A stretch of DNA of 36,030 bases from an uncultured Candidatus Peribacteria bacterium (GTDB lineage Bacteria; Patescibacteriota; Gracilibacteria; Peribacterales; Peribacteraceae), in contig CAYGDT010000003.1 of NCBI GenBank assembly GCA_964348745.1, forward strand, positions 1 through 36,030, read 5' to 3'. The notes under the pieces were generated by a model that was not told the DNA's origin, made no database searches, and saw only the letters and a list, made by a program, of their open reading frames with translations. Shown here piece by piece: positions 1-9,024 of this stretch. Within the stretch, counting starts at the first letter, position 1. Every line of letters starts with the position of its first letter. The translations under genes and the position numbers were made by a program.

Positions 1-223
1 ATGCGGTGACGTGCTTGTACCCATGGACGAAGATATCCGGATGGTGTTTCTCCTCCTCAGCCACCTCCGCGATTTTCATAACCAATTCAATCGCCTCGCT
101 GAAATTTTTGCAGACGTACGTCCGTGCGATGGTCGTCCCCGCATCATCTGCAAACCATTCTGGTGTTTTGAGGATGCGGTGTTTTACTTGCTCGGGTGTG
201 AGGGGCTGAGTGTCGCGCTTCAT
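1..223 (-). CDS. pterin-4-alpha-carbinolamine dehydratase (PCD/DCoH family); C-terminus cut by the window edge
   Basis: Absent from the ORF track because it runs off the left edge. Manual reverse translation from the ATG at 223-221 gives MKRDTQPLTPEQVKHRILKTPEWFADDAGTTIARTYVCKNFSEAIELVMKIAEVAEEEKHHPDIFVHGYKHVTA, which contains the family-typical EE-x-HHPD motif. Confidence 0.7.
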   Translation of the reverse strand, partial: MKRDTQPLTPEQVKHRILKTPEWFADDAGTTIARTYVCKNFSEAIELVMKIAEVAEEEKHHPDIFVHGYKHVTA

Positions 224-472
224 ATGCAAAGTGTACCAGAACCTTATTTGAATTTTGGATTCGATTTCCAGTCGGTTCCCCAAAAATGGTCGAAGTTACC
301 GTGCTGACCAAATTGTCTTAAGACTCCGTTCGGATTGAAATAGAAAGTCTGAGCCTTTCTAAACCGTATCATTGCTTGCATATATTCGGTCAGCTCATCA
401 TTTGATTTACGATCTCTCGATCGTCTCGCCGTTCGTTTCTATCTCCTCTGCCGGCGGATTCGAAGGAGGTTG

Positions 473-1615
473 TCATACATGTATCCTCAAAAACTTCCTC
501 TTCCCCACTCGATACACCCCCTCTTCCACTATCGCATCCAGAAAATCGATGACCGTGTCGTCTTTCTTCACACCCCCTTGCTCCATCACTCTGCGGGCAT
601 CGGATTTTGATTTCGCAAGACCGGATTCTACAAGAACGTCGATGAGGAGCGCACCCTTGTGTGCTTTGAACTCCGGAATATCTTCGGGCAAGCCACCTTG
701 TTTGAATACGGTATCGAAAGCTTTGACTGCTGCATGGGCTGCGTCTTCCCCGTGGTACAGCGTCACAATTTCCTTGGCGAGGAGGACTTTTGCGTCGCGC
801 GGGTTTCCCTTCAAAATCTTTTTCACTTCGCCAAGTGGGACATCGGTGCAGCATTCGAAGTAGGTTTCCATCAACGAGTCTTTCACGCTCATGATTTTCC
901 CGAACATGTCACTTGGTTCATCATCCAGATAGATGCAATTTGCATAGGTCTTACTCATTTTCCGGCCGTCAATTCCCTCAATCAGCTTTGTTGTCAGAAC
1001 AAACTTATCGCGCTTGCCGTAGGCTTTTTGCAATTTTCTGCCGCAGAGCATATTAAATAATTGATCATTGCCGCCGATTTCGCAATCGACATCCAACACG
1101 ACAGAATCGTAACCGACCATCAGCGGATAGAAAAATTCCACTGGACTTAAGTCCTCCCCTTTTTTCATGCGCTCCTTAAACATGTCGCGTTGCAGCATCT
1201 GCTGCACGGTAAAGTGGCTGGCGGTTTCCATGATCTCCTGAGCTGTGAGTTTGGCGAGCCATTCGTCGTTGTATCGAATGTGCACCTTTGAGAAATCCAG
1301 TACCTTGCTTGCCTGCTGTTTGTACGTCTTAAAGTTTTCCTGCACCTGTTCCTTGGTCAGCGGTTCACGCATAGCATCTCTGCCCGTAGGATCGCCGATC
1401 ATTGCCGTGTAACTTCCGATCAAAAAAATGACATCATGTCCTGCATCGGCGAAGGCTTGGAGTTTCCTGAGTGGCACGGCATGGCCGATATGCAAGTGAG
1501 CGCCTGTTGGATCGATCCCTAAGTAGACGCGAAGCTTTTTCCCAGATTTCAACTTCTGCGCACCGAGTTCGGGTGGGACGACTTCCTGCACGCCTCTGGT
1601 AAGTAGCTCGCTCAT
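473..1615 (-). CDS. tyrS: tyrosyl-tRNA synthetase
   Basis: Class I aaRS signatures HIGH (HLHIGHAV) and KMSKT, plus a C-terminal S4-like domain (KSDARRVMEQGGVKKDD). The track ORF starts at 1657, but the ATG at 1615 (MSELLTRGVQEVV) fits the conserved N-terminus better, and the upstream 14 codons are low-complexity. Confidence 0.93.
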   Translation of the reverse strand: MSELLTRGVQEVVPPELGAQKLKSGKKLRVYLGIDPTGAHLHIGHAVPLRKLQAFADAGHDVIFLIGSYTAMIGDPTGRDAMREPLTKEQVQENFKTYKQQASKVLDFSKVHIRYNDEWLAKLTAQEIMETASHFTVQQMLQRDMFKERMKKGEDLSPVEFFYPLMVGYDSVVLDVDCEIGGNDQLFNMLCGRKLQKAYGKRDKFVLTTKLIEGIDGRKMSKTYANCIYLDDEPSDMFGKIMSVKDSLMETYFECCTDVPLGEVKKILKGNPRDAKVLLAKEIVTLYHGEDAAHAAVKAFDTVFKQGGLPEDIPEFKAHKGALLIDVLVESGLAKSKSDARRVMEQGGVKKDDTVIDFLDAIVEEGVYRVGKRKFLRIHV

Positions 1616-1727
1616 TGCTACTAGAGTAGCAAAGAATGAAGATGCGGAATACCTCACTTTGCTTCCATGTTTCGGCGGATTCTTGTATCTTGATCACTCT
1701 CCGTTTCGTCTGTAGTACTTACACTGC

Positions 1728-1747
1728 GCGCAGGAAGCATCCTGCGC
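1728..1747 (+). other. perfect GC-rich hairpin in the tyrS/rluD divergent intergenic region
   Basis: GCGCAGG (1728-1734), a 6-nt loop, then CCTGCGC (1741-1747). No flanking U-run, so it is not a classical terminator. It lies in the presumed rluD leader. Confidence 0.3.
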
Positions 1748-1761
1748 TGGGTGATCAATAG

Positions 1762-1797
1762 ATCCTCTGCATCCTCTGCATCTTCTGCATCCTCTTC
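1762..1797 (+). repeat. 4 x 9-nt pyrimidine-rich tandem repeat abutting the rluD start
   Basis: ATCCTCTGC ATCCTCTGC ATCTTCTGC ATCCTCTTC, ending 4 nt before the ATG at 1802. If translated from the GTG at 1751 it gives a SASSASSASSS low-complexity stretch. Confidence 0.85.
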
Positions 1798-1801
1798 ACA
1801 C

Positions 1802-2746
1802 ATGGAATTCACCACTACCCACCCCGGCCGCCTCGATGTACTCATAGCCGCGCAGGACGGGAAGCTTTCGCGCGTCAAGATCCAAAAGGCGATCCACGAC
1901 GGGTTTGTCTCAGTCAACGACAAGATCGTTACGAAACCGTCATTGCAGGTTCCCATCGATTCCCGCATCCGCATTGAAGGTGGCCGATCACCCATTCCCG
2001 ATCACCCATCTGCCATCGAATCTATCAACCAGCACCTCACCGTTTTATATGAAGACTCTTCCTGTATGGTTATCGACAAGCCTGCAGGCATTTCGGTGCA
2101 TCCGGGGCATGCAGCAGACCCGGACGAACCTACACTTTTGAGTGGCATCCGATTTCTCTTTGAAGAGCGGTCTCTGCCTTTCTCTCCGCAGAGCGTTCTC
2201 GTGCATCGTCTCGATAAACCAACAACCGGTTGCATTTGCGTTGCCAAGTCCGATGCGGCGTTTCAGCATCTACAAAAGCAGTTTGAGGGGCGAACCGTGG
2301 GGAAGACGTACCTTGCAATCGTGGCGGGGGTTCCAGAACATAGCGAAGCAGACATAGACGCTCCGATAGGACGCAATCTCACTGATCGTACGAAGATGTC
2401 TGTGCTGAGAACTTCGGTCAGTCGCAATGCCAAAACATCGTACCGCGTTGTAGACGCAGCGGATAATTGCGCGTTGCTTGAGTGCGATCTGCACACGGGC
2501 CGTACCCACCAGATCCGCGTGCACCTTTCGTCCATTGGGCATCCTGTTCTCGGTGATGATTCCTACAAATCAGGCATGAGCAATCAGACTGCGGATCGTT
2601 ACGGTATTTCCGGCCTCTGCCTCCATGCGTGGACCTTAAAGTTTGTCTCGCCGGAAGACGATAAAGAGCACAGTGTCCGTGCTCCACTTCCGTCTCAGTT
2701 CAATCAAGCATTGGCTGCCACCGGACTTTCAATGCCTACTGACTGA
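1802..2746 (+). CDS. rluD: 23S rRNA pseudouridine synthase, RluA/RluD family with N-terminal S4 domain
   Basis: HRLDKPTTG catalytic Asp motif, GRTHQIRVHL motif and an S4-like N-terminus (SRVKIQKAIHDGFVSVNDKIV). I prefer the ATG at 1802 over the track GTG at 1751, which would translate the tandem repeat. Confidence 0.9.
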   Translation: MEFTTTHPGRLDVLIAAQDGKLSRVKIQKAIHDGFVSVNDKIVTKPSLQVPIDSRIRIEGGRSPIPDHPSAIESINQHLTVLYEDSSCMVIDKPAGISVHPGHAADPDEPTLLSGIRFLFEERSLPFSPQSVLVHRLDKPTTGCICVAKSDAAFQHLQKQFEGRTVGKTYLAIVAGVPEHSEADIDAPIGRNLTDRTKMSVLRTSVSRNAKTSYRVVDAADNCALLECDLHTGRTHQIRVHLSSIGHPVLGDDSYKSGMSNQTADRYGISGLCLHAWTLKFVSPEDDKEHSVRAPLPSQFNQALAATGLSMPTD

Positions 2747-2763
2747 GTAGATACGTGCTCAGG

Positions 2764-4503
2764 TTACTGCGTAAATGTCACCACATACTCCATTTCATCG
2801 AGTATCAAACCACGGTCGCCGCGCGAGGTGATCCGGTAGACGTTGCGGCCGAGGTGCAGTGTTGAGAGCTTGACACTCGCGATGTAGTTGAATGTCACGG
2901 AGCCCGGACTGTAGAGTTGCAGACGATAGCCGTTGACCCAGACACTCTGCGTCAAGTCAGACACGGTTCCTTCGATCACAAATTCGGATTCAGTTGTAGT
3001 GTACTCATTGCCTTCCGCAGGAGCAGTGACGCGTATGCTGCCCGGTTGAGTCGGTGCGTTCCTGGGCTCTAGCGCTTCTTCAGCTGTTTCCGTTGTGACA
3101 GGGCGCACTGTTCCCACAGACGCTCCGGTGCCGACGATTCCCTCTACACCCTCGCCGAGAATAATGGTGATCGTAACGGGCTCAGATCGGTAACCGCCGC
3201 GATTGATAGCCGTTACTTCGTAGATATTTTCTCCATTGCGGAAATTGTTCAGTTTGGTACTTGCGAGGTAAGACCAATTGCTATCGCCGGGCTTATAGAG
3301 CTGCAGACGGTAATCATTGACGACGATACCTACGGCATCTCTCGGTGCTGTTCCACTGATCTCAATTTCCTGACTGCTTGTTGCGTAGCGCTCACCACCA
3401 CTCGCCGGAGATACGATCGTCGGAGGTTCGGGCGGAGTCCTATTGCGAGTAACGGTGCGAATGGCTTCGGAGACGATCACGCCATCTTTATCGACGCCTT
3501 CTATGGCGATATGTACCTGATCTTCATCGGGTAGGGCGAGCTCCAGAGAGAACGTTCCGGCAGTGCGATTAATACCGGCTAGATATCCATTGATCCGAAT
3601 TTTATCGACGCCCGCACCCAGCTTCCCAGAAACTTCCAGTGTTTCCGTATCAACTGTTGTGTCTTTTTCCGGTGAGAGCACGGTCAGGGAAATGTCGTCA
3701 ACGTCGCCGCTTCCGTTAGATCCCGCATTTTCGCCTGAGGTATCCGTATCGTGAGAGAGTCCAAATCGTGCTGCACGGCTTTCCTCTACGAATGGCGATT
3801 GGAGCTCCTGAGGATCCAGAGGACTCCTGAAGGAATAGAGGTCTTCCTCCGCTTCATTGCCTGCCGGTAGTGTAAAGCGTTGCCCCTCACCGACGATCAC
3901 CTCATTGTCATTCCCCGCAATACGAAGTGATAAACCCGGTCCATCTGCAGAGAACACAGTGATGGAGCGCGGAGACATAACGAATTCCGACTGAGAGGGA
4001 ACGGTTGCGGTAATGTATGCACTGGCTATCGTTCGAGTGATTGCTCCGGAGTATGTGGTAATGGTCGGCGTGACCATCCAGATAGTTCCTTCTTCAAGAT
4101 TGATGGCGAGTGTGCTGCGAATTTGACCGCGACTGGATTTTACAATTGTAACTTGCGTACTCTCATCGAGGCGAACGGCGCTTCCGTCGAGTAGCGAGAG
4201 CAACGCTTGGTTGCGAGGACTCGTAACAACAGCATCACTCGGATAGAGTTTCATATCATTCTCTGCGTGTTTTAACGTGCCACCTTCCACCGAGACATTC
4301 ACGACGCTACTCTCCGATATGTGCAGTATCACAGGCTCAGTTTTCACAGAGTTACCGACACCGAAGTACGCCAGAGTTTTCATTGCTACGATAAAGAGAA
4401 GGATCACGATACCTGCGACGACGAAAGCCTTGCGTGCACGCTGTCTACTTACGTTGCTGACGCCATTGCGTCTTTGCCGCTGATGTCTTCGCTGTTGCAA
4501 CAT
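2764..4503 (-). CDS. membrane-anchored envelope protein with a FecR-like segment and three Ig-like repeats
   Basis: 579 aa. Basic N-terminus plus a TM helix (FVVAGIVILLFIVAMKTLAYF). FecR-like stretch (LYPSDAVVTSPRNQALLSLLDGSAVRLDESTQVTIV). Three beta-rich modules (INGYLAGINRTAGTF / VNDYRLQLYKPGDSNWSY / VNGYRLQLYSPGSVTFNY). It lies 55 nt downstream of the ATPase gene on the same strand. Confidence 0.75.
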   Translation of the reverse strand: MLQQRRHQRQRRNGVSNVSRQRARKAFVVAGIVILLFIVAMKTLAYFGVGNSVKTEPVILHISESSVVNVSVEGGTLKHAENDMKLYPSDAVVTSPRNQALLSLLDGSAVRLDESTQVTIVKSSRGQIRSTLAINLEEGTIWMVTPTITTYSGAITRTIASAYITATVPSQSEFVMSPRSITVFSADGPGLSLRIAGNDNEVIVGEGQRFTLPAGNEAEEDLYSFRSPLDPQELQSPFVEESRAARFGLSHDTDTSGENAGSNGSGDVDDISLTVLSPEKDTTVDTETLEVSGKLGAGVDKIRINGYLAGINRTAGTFSLELALPDEDQVHIAIEGVDKDGVIVSEAIRTVTRNRTPPEPPTIVSPASGGERYATSSQEIEISGTAPRDAVGIVVNDYRLQLYKPGDSNWSYLASTKLNNFRNGENIYEVTAINRGGYRSEPVTITIILGEGVEGIVGTGASVGTVRPVTTETAEEALEPRNAPTQPGSIRVTAPAEGNEYTTTESEFVIEGTVSDLTQSVWVNGYRLQLYSPGSVTFNYIASVKLSTLHLGRNVYRITSRGDRGLILDEMEYVVTFTQ

Positions 4504-4558
4504 TGGCCCATAATGGTACTTGAAAAGAGTGTGGGGAGTAAAGGGTTTGTTTCCTCGT

Positions 4559-5659
4559 TCACATCGTCACTCTCTTTATCTCCGATAGACTCGTGACCTT
4601 GCGTTCCACGAGGATTTTCCCCCATTCATCCATGGTGCGGAAACCCTCTTCTTTTGATTTTTTCAGTATGACTTCCGCGGTCTCATTTTGAAGAATCATC
4701 TCCCGTAGAGCAGGCGTAATCATCAGCAGTTCCGGCAGAGCCGTTCTCCCGTTGTAGCTCATATTGTCCGCAGGATCGCACGTCTTCGTTTTACATTCCG
4801 GCTTCAGTGAACGGACGAGTCGCTGGGCGAGAATTGCGCGAAGCGCCGGTGCGAATGTATAGGGACTCACGCCCATGGAAAGGAGGCGAGGAATCGCTTC
4901 GACTGCAGAGTTGGTGTGGAGCGTCGAGAGGACGAAATGTCCTGTGAGTGCCGCGTCGATCGCAGTCTGCGCCGTTTCGTAATCGCGGATTTCTCCGACG
5001 AGAATCACATCAGGGTCGTGGCGGAGTACGGAACGCAATCCCGAAGCGAACGTATAGTCATGTTCCGGGTCGATCTGGCTTTGCACGATTCCCGGCAGCT
5101 CGTACTCTACGGGATCCTCAAGCGTAATGATATTTCGTGACTTTCCAACAATGGCATTGAGGAGCGCGTACAGCGTTGTCGTTTTCCCGGACCCCGTAGG
5201 TCCTGTAATCAGAAACAAGCCGTTAGGCATGTCGACGATTTCCGCAAGTTTTTGGGCGATATCATTTTCAAATCCGAGCTGATCCAGCGGAACGATGCCC
5301 CGTGCCGGGTCCAGAAGTCGCAGCGTAAATTTCTCACCAAAACGCGATGGAATGCAGGCGACGCGTACGTTCACGCTTCGGTTTTTTTCGACAAACGTAT
5401 AATGCCCGTCTTGCGGAACATTTGTGACATTCAGCTTTAACTTGCTAATAAATTTTATTTGTCGGACGAGGTCTTGGTACGTCTTGTGGCTGAGACGAGC
5501 AATCTCCTGAAGAATTCCGTGCAGTCGCACTTCCAGTCGCACGTCGGATTTTTCCGGTGCGAAGTGAATGTCGGAAATACCTTCTTCAGTACAGTATTCC
5601 TGCAGCTGCTTTTGGAGCTGCGGACCGTCCATGCCGTCCCATTGGATACCTGTAACCAT
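4559..5659 (-). CDS. type II secretion / type IV pilus assembly ATPase (GspE/PilB/ComGA family, short form)
   Basis: 366 aa. Walker A GPTGSGKTTT, Asp box ITLEDPVEY, Walker B DPDVILVGEIRD and His box GHFVLSTLHTNSA. It lacks the long N-terminal GSPII domain, so its size is ComGA-like. Confidence 0.9.
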   Translation of the reverse strand: MVTGIQWDGMDGPQLQKQLQEYCTEEGISDIHFAPEKSDVRLEVRLHGILQEIARLSHKTYQDLVRQIKFISKLKLNVTNVPQDGHYTFVEKNRSVNVRVACIPSRFGEKFTLRLLDPARGIVPLDQLGFENDIAQKLAEIVDMPNGLFLITGPTGSGKTTTLYALLNAIVGKSRNIITLEDPVEYELPGIVQSQIDPEHDYTFASGLRSVLRHDPDVILVGEIRDYETAQTAIDAALTGHFVLSTLHTNSAVEAIPRLLSMGVSPYTFAPALRAILAQRLVRSLKPECKTKTCDPADNMSYNGRTALPELLMITPALREMILQNETAEVILKKSKEEGFRTMDEWGKILVERKVTSLSEIKRVTM

Positions 5660-5667
5660 ATCAATTT

Positions 5668-5696
5668 ATTATAGCACTTTTAGGACCTGTTGGCTA
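5668..5696 (-). promoter_or_regulatory. candidate extended -10 promoter of the ATPase gene (leaderless geometry)
   Basis: On the minus strand: TAGCCA (complement of 5691-5696), N17, then TGcTATAAT (-10 is the complement of 5668-5673). Only 8 nt separate the -10 from the ATG at 5659. Confidence 0.45.
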
Positions 5697-8296
5697 TGCA
5701 TCATTTCAGCATACCAAACTTGTCAAACGCACTCTGTATTCATCTGCTATCATCCCCCACCGTGTACTCCCGTGCCTCAAATCTTTCGGAAACCCAGCGC
5801 AGACGCTTTGTACGACAGCGAATGGTTGTCGTGCATGCAGGATTACTCATTTTGCTGCTGGTTATTGTGGCGCGGCTACTTGAACTTCAAGTTCTCAAAG
5901 GAGGTGACTATCGTGCGTTGGCTCAATCGCAACACTATGGCGGAGTTGTTTTGCCGGCGAAGCGCGGCGAGATCCTCTCAAGAAATAGTAAGACAGGTGA
6001 AACTAGTCTTTTTGCCACCAATACCACACTCGACATGGTGTACGTCGATCCGGTCGTGACGGATGATCCGGTTCTCGTTGCCAGACGTCTTGCGGAAATG
6101 CTCGTGACGGAGGATTTCCATGATCTGTGCACTCGAGGAAGTAAAGATTGTCCTTTAGAGCTTTCCGGATACTTCACTGATTCTTTTGATCCGCTTGCGC
6201 AGGTGCGACGTTTGGAATCCGGAGCGATCTTGGAGCCTATGCATATGATTTTTGCAGTGCCGGATCACCCTGAAAATACACCTTCCATCGAAGATGTTCG
6301 CAGCAGTTTTACTTCGGATATTCAAAAGAAAATCAGCGAGAAGCGAGTGACGTTTGTCCCTCTGAAATACGGAGCTACAAAAGAGGATATGTCTGCTGTC
6401 GATGCACTTGCGATTCCGGGGGTGTATGTCGTGCATGACACCAGTATCATCTTCGCGAATCCCGAGGCCGTTTCCCAGAATAAATTATCATCTGTTGCGC
6501 GCGATCTCTCCGAAATTGTTGAAACAGACGAAGATGTTTTGCAGCGCTTGCTGCGTTCCCGTCCACTGCGGTACGTACCGGTCATGCGCAAGTTGCCACC
6601 GGATCTCAGCTTGAAAATCAAGGAAATGAAGCTTCAGTCGATGAAGGACACCCAGAGCAGCAAACAGCAGGCTGAGACGCGCGAAGCAGCAGCATTGATT
6701 AGAGACCCCCTTCGATCAATTGCTCTGATCCCGGAACATTGGCGATACTACCCCGATGGCAGGGTTGCTTCGAGCGTCGTAGGGTTTCTCAACTCCCAAC
6801 AGGAGGCGCAGTATGGTATTGAGCGAACGTTTGATGCGGAGCTCAAAGGGCAGGAGGGTCTGATCTCGTCGGTATCCGATCCACAAGGGGGTCAGATTCT
6901 TACTGCAGAACAAACCATTATTGACCCGAAAGACGGCGATACGATCGTGTTGACCATTGATCGCTTCGTGCAAAAGAAAATTGAGGAAATCATGGATCAG
7001 GCAGTCATCGATTTTCATGCAGAGAGCGGGCAAGCGATCATGATGGATCCGTATACCGGTCGTATCATTGCCATGGTCAACGCTCCGACATTCGATAGTA
7101 ATAGCTTCGGAGGCGTTTACGATAAAGAGCCGCTGTATGTCGATGAAGGCAAGAGGAATAAAATCGTTGTGGAGATCTACCATCCGGTAACCAATCAGTT
7201 CGTTGTGAAGGGCTACATCGATGACATTTTTGGCAATGGTCGTACCGCCCTCGCTGTAATAACACAACAGGTGCTTGATGAAATAGAGAAACTCTATGAT
7301 CTTCGCGACATTGCTCGTTACTACTTATATATCGGTGACAACGATCGAAGAGAGGTTTTCCCAACGCAACGAGACGACATCTGGCTGAAGTTTAAAAACA
7401 ACGTCGGTGTGGGGGCATATCTCAATCGCACTATTCAGCAGATCTACGAACCGGGATCGGTTTTCAAGCCTATTACGATGGCTATTGCAATTGATCAAGG
7501 AGAGATCTCTCCTGAGGATACATATGATGACAAAGGTTTTATAAAGGTCGATGAGTTCACCATAAGAAACGCACTCAACGCAACGTACGGAAAGGTCAAC
7601 ATGGTAACGTGTATTCAGTTCTCCATTAACACGTGCATGACATCGATTTCCGAAAAGCTCGGAAAAAAACTTTTTCACCGCATGATCGAGCGTTTCGGAT
7701 TCGGAAAGATCACCGGAATAGAATTGGAAGACGAATTGCCAGGGGAGATTCTTCCATGGAAAAAGTGGAGTAACTCTCTTCTGGCGAATGCGGCATTCGG
7801 ACAAGGCGTATCCGCGACTCCGCTGCAAGTTATCACCGCTTGGTCGGCACTGAGCAACGGTGGCAAACTCATGAAGCCAACGATTATTGATAGTATTATT
7901 AAGAGCGATGGAACAGTGATAACGACGCAGCCGCGCATCATCGATCAGGTTATTACTCCCGAAACATCGGATACGATTACAGCGATTCTGGTTTCTTCTG
8001 TCGACGAAGGTTGGGGCAAGAGCGCCTCGATCCAGGGGTACGCGATTGCAGGGAAAACAGGTACAAGCCAGATTGCAGGTCCCGGTGGAAAGTATGAATC
8101 TGGTACGGGTTCGGGTATCGCATCATTTGGCGGATTTGCTCCCGTTCCGGATCCAAAGTTTCTCATGCTCGTAAAGTTTGATCGTACAGCGACCAAAGCT
8201 TCGGAGCATGGAGCTGGCTCCGCGGCTCCCGTCTATAAAAAAATCGCGGAGTTCCTCTTCGATTACTACGGGATTCCTCCGGGAAGGGAGGAGTGA
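5690..8296 (+). CDS. class B penicillin-binding protein (PBP2/FtsI-type transpeptidase) with large insertions
   Basis: TM helix (VVVHAGLLILLLVIVARLL), AKRGEILSRN dimerisation-domain motif, SxxK = SVFK (YEPGSVFKP), SxN = SIN, and KTG = KTGTS. The start is uncertain: TTG 5690, ATG 5696 or ATG 5822. Confidence 0.9.
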   Translation: MAMHHFSIPNLSNALCIHLLSSPTVYSRASNLSETQRRRFVRQRMVVVHAGLLILLLVIVARLLELQVLKGGDYRALAQSQHYGGVVLPAKRGEILSRNSKTGETSLFATNTTLDMVYVDPVVTDDPVLVARRLAEMLVTEDFHDLCTRGSKDCPLELSGYFTDSFDPLAQVRRLESGAILEPMHMIFAVPDHPENTPSIEDVRSSFTSDIQKKISEKRVTFVPLKYGATKEDMSAVDALAIPGVYVVHDTSIIFANPEAVSQNKLSSVARDLSEIVETDEDVLQRLLRSRPLRYVPVMRKLPPDLSLKIKEMKLQSMKDTQSSKQQAETREAAALIRDPLRSIALIPEHWRYYPDGRVASSVVGFLNSQQEAQYGIERTFDAELKGQEGLISSVSDPQGGQILTAEQTIIDPKDGDTIVLTIDRFVQKKIEEIMDQAVIDFHAESGQAIMMDPYTGRIIAMVNAPTFDSNSFGGVYDKEPLYVDEGKRNKIVVEIYHPVTNQFVVKGYIDDIFGNGRTALAVITQQVLDEIEKLYDLRDIARYYLYIGDNDRREVFPTQRDDIWLKFKNNVGVGAYLNRTIQQIYEPGSVFKPITMAIAIDQGEISPEDTYDDKGFIKVDEFTIRNALNATYGKVNMVTCIQFSINTCMTSISEKLGKKLFHRMIERFGFGKITGIELEDELPGEILPWKKWSNSLLANAAFGQGVSATPLQVITAWSALSNGGKLMKPTIIDSIIKSDGTVITTQPRIIDQVITPETSDTITAILVSSVDEGWGKSASIQGYAIAGKTGTSQIAGPGGKYESGTGSGIASFGGFAPVPDPKFLMLVKFDRTATKASEHGAGSAAPVYKKIAEFLFDYYGIPPGREE

Positions 8297-8304
8297 GGCA
8301 GTGT

Positions 8305-8988
8305 TTATCGTCTAGCTTTATAGGCTCGGAGAATATTCTTAGCGACTTCTGGAAAATCTGCCATGAATTCCAGAATTCCTCGTGGGTTTTTTTCCTTTTT
8401 TAATTGTACGAAGGCGGCAGTTCCCTGCTCAATGCTTGCACGACTTATTGGTGCACCACCTTCCACAAGTGCCCCAAAGGCTCCACCAAGTGTTTCTGAT
8501 CTTATCATCATATGATTGGGAGCATGGGCGATGATGGTGTTGTCATTCCTGTCTTCACCGGCATCCGGGAAAACAAGTGCCAGCATTCCACGTTCACTAT
8601 GGATGCAAAATGGTTCACGGGGTTTTGCATACTCAGAGCTTTGAGTCTGGTTACAGATATCACCCACAATATCTGGAATCTTAAACGCTGCTTGCAGTGC
8701 TTGCATATGCGGATTCAGCACTCTTTGTGCTTCTGCTCCCCTCTCCGATTCTGTGCAAGCGTGCACGGCAGCATATACATCATGAATGATTCCTTCTCCT
8801 TGGTCACTGGCATTGAGGATTGCAAACACTCTTTGCAACATTGTTGCTCGTATATCATCGGAAGCAGTGTCGATGCGAAATCTCCGCGTTTCCAGGTTCG
8901 TTCCTACTGGCATAACCGATGCGTTCTGTTTTTCGTCTTGTCCCAGCAGAAAGAGTGGGCACTGATTATTGCGTTGGGTGCAGTACAT
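8305..8988 (-). CDS. hypothetical protein (orphan, AT-rich)
   Basis: 227-aa ORF with no motif I recognise. It lies 36 nt downstream of the 208-aa orphan on the same strand. The start could also be the internal Met (MPVGTNLE). Confidence 0.55.
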   Translation of the reverse strand: MYCTQRNNQCPLFLLGQDEKQNASVMPVGTNLETRRFRIDTASDDIRATMLQRVFAILNASDQGEGIIHDVYAAVHACTESERGAEAQRVLNPHMQALQAAFKIPDIVGDICNQTQSSEYAKPREPFCIHSERGMLALVFPDAGEDRNDNTIIAHAPNHMMIRSETLGGAFGALVEGGAPISRASIEQGTAAFVQLKKEKNPRGILEFMADFPEVAKNILRAYKARR

Positions 8989-9024
8989 GCAAATGTGCGT
9001 AATTTATAGAATATTTTCTACAAA

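Noticed and set aside
456-464. GGATTCGAA T-loop-like sequence downstream of tyrS, possibly a tRNA
   Set aside because: No acceptor, D or anticodon stems can be built around it, so it is probably coincidental. The 224-472 spacer contains only weak hairpins, for example AGAAAG/CTTTCT (complement of 342-360).
2764-4503. Internal repeats of the envelope protein as a DGR variable/template repeat pair
   Set aside because: The repeats are diverged at many positions of all base types (ordinary domain duplication), and no reverse transcriptase or Avd gene is present.
6421-6442. GGTGT-N12-ACACC inside the PBP coding sequence as a fourth operator
   Set aside because: The spacer length is wrong (12, not 8), the site is intragenic, and it lacks the GGTGTAC arm extension. 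It is probably chance.
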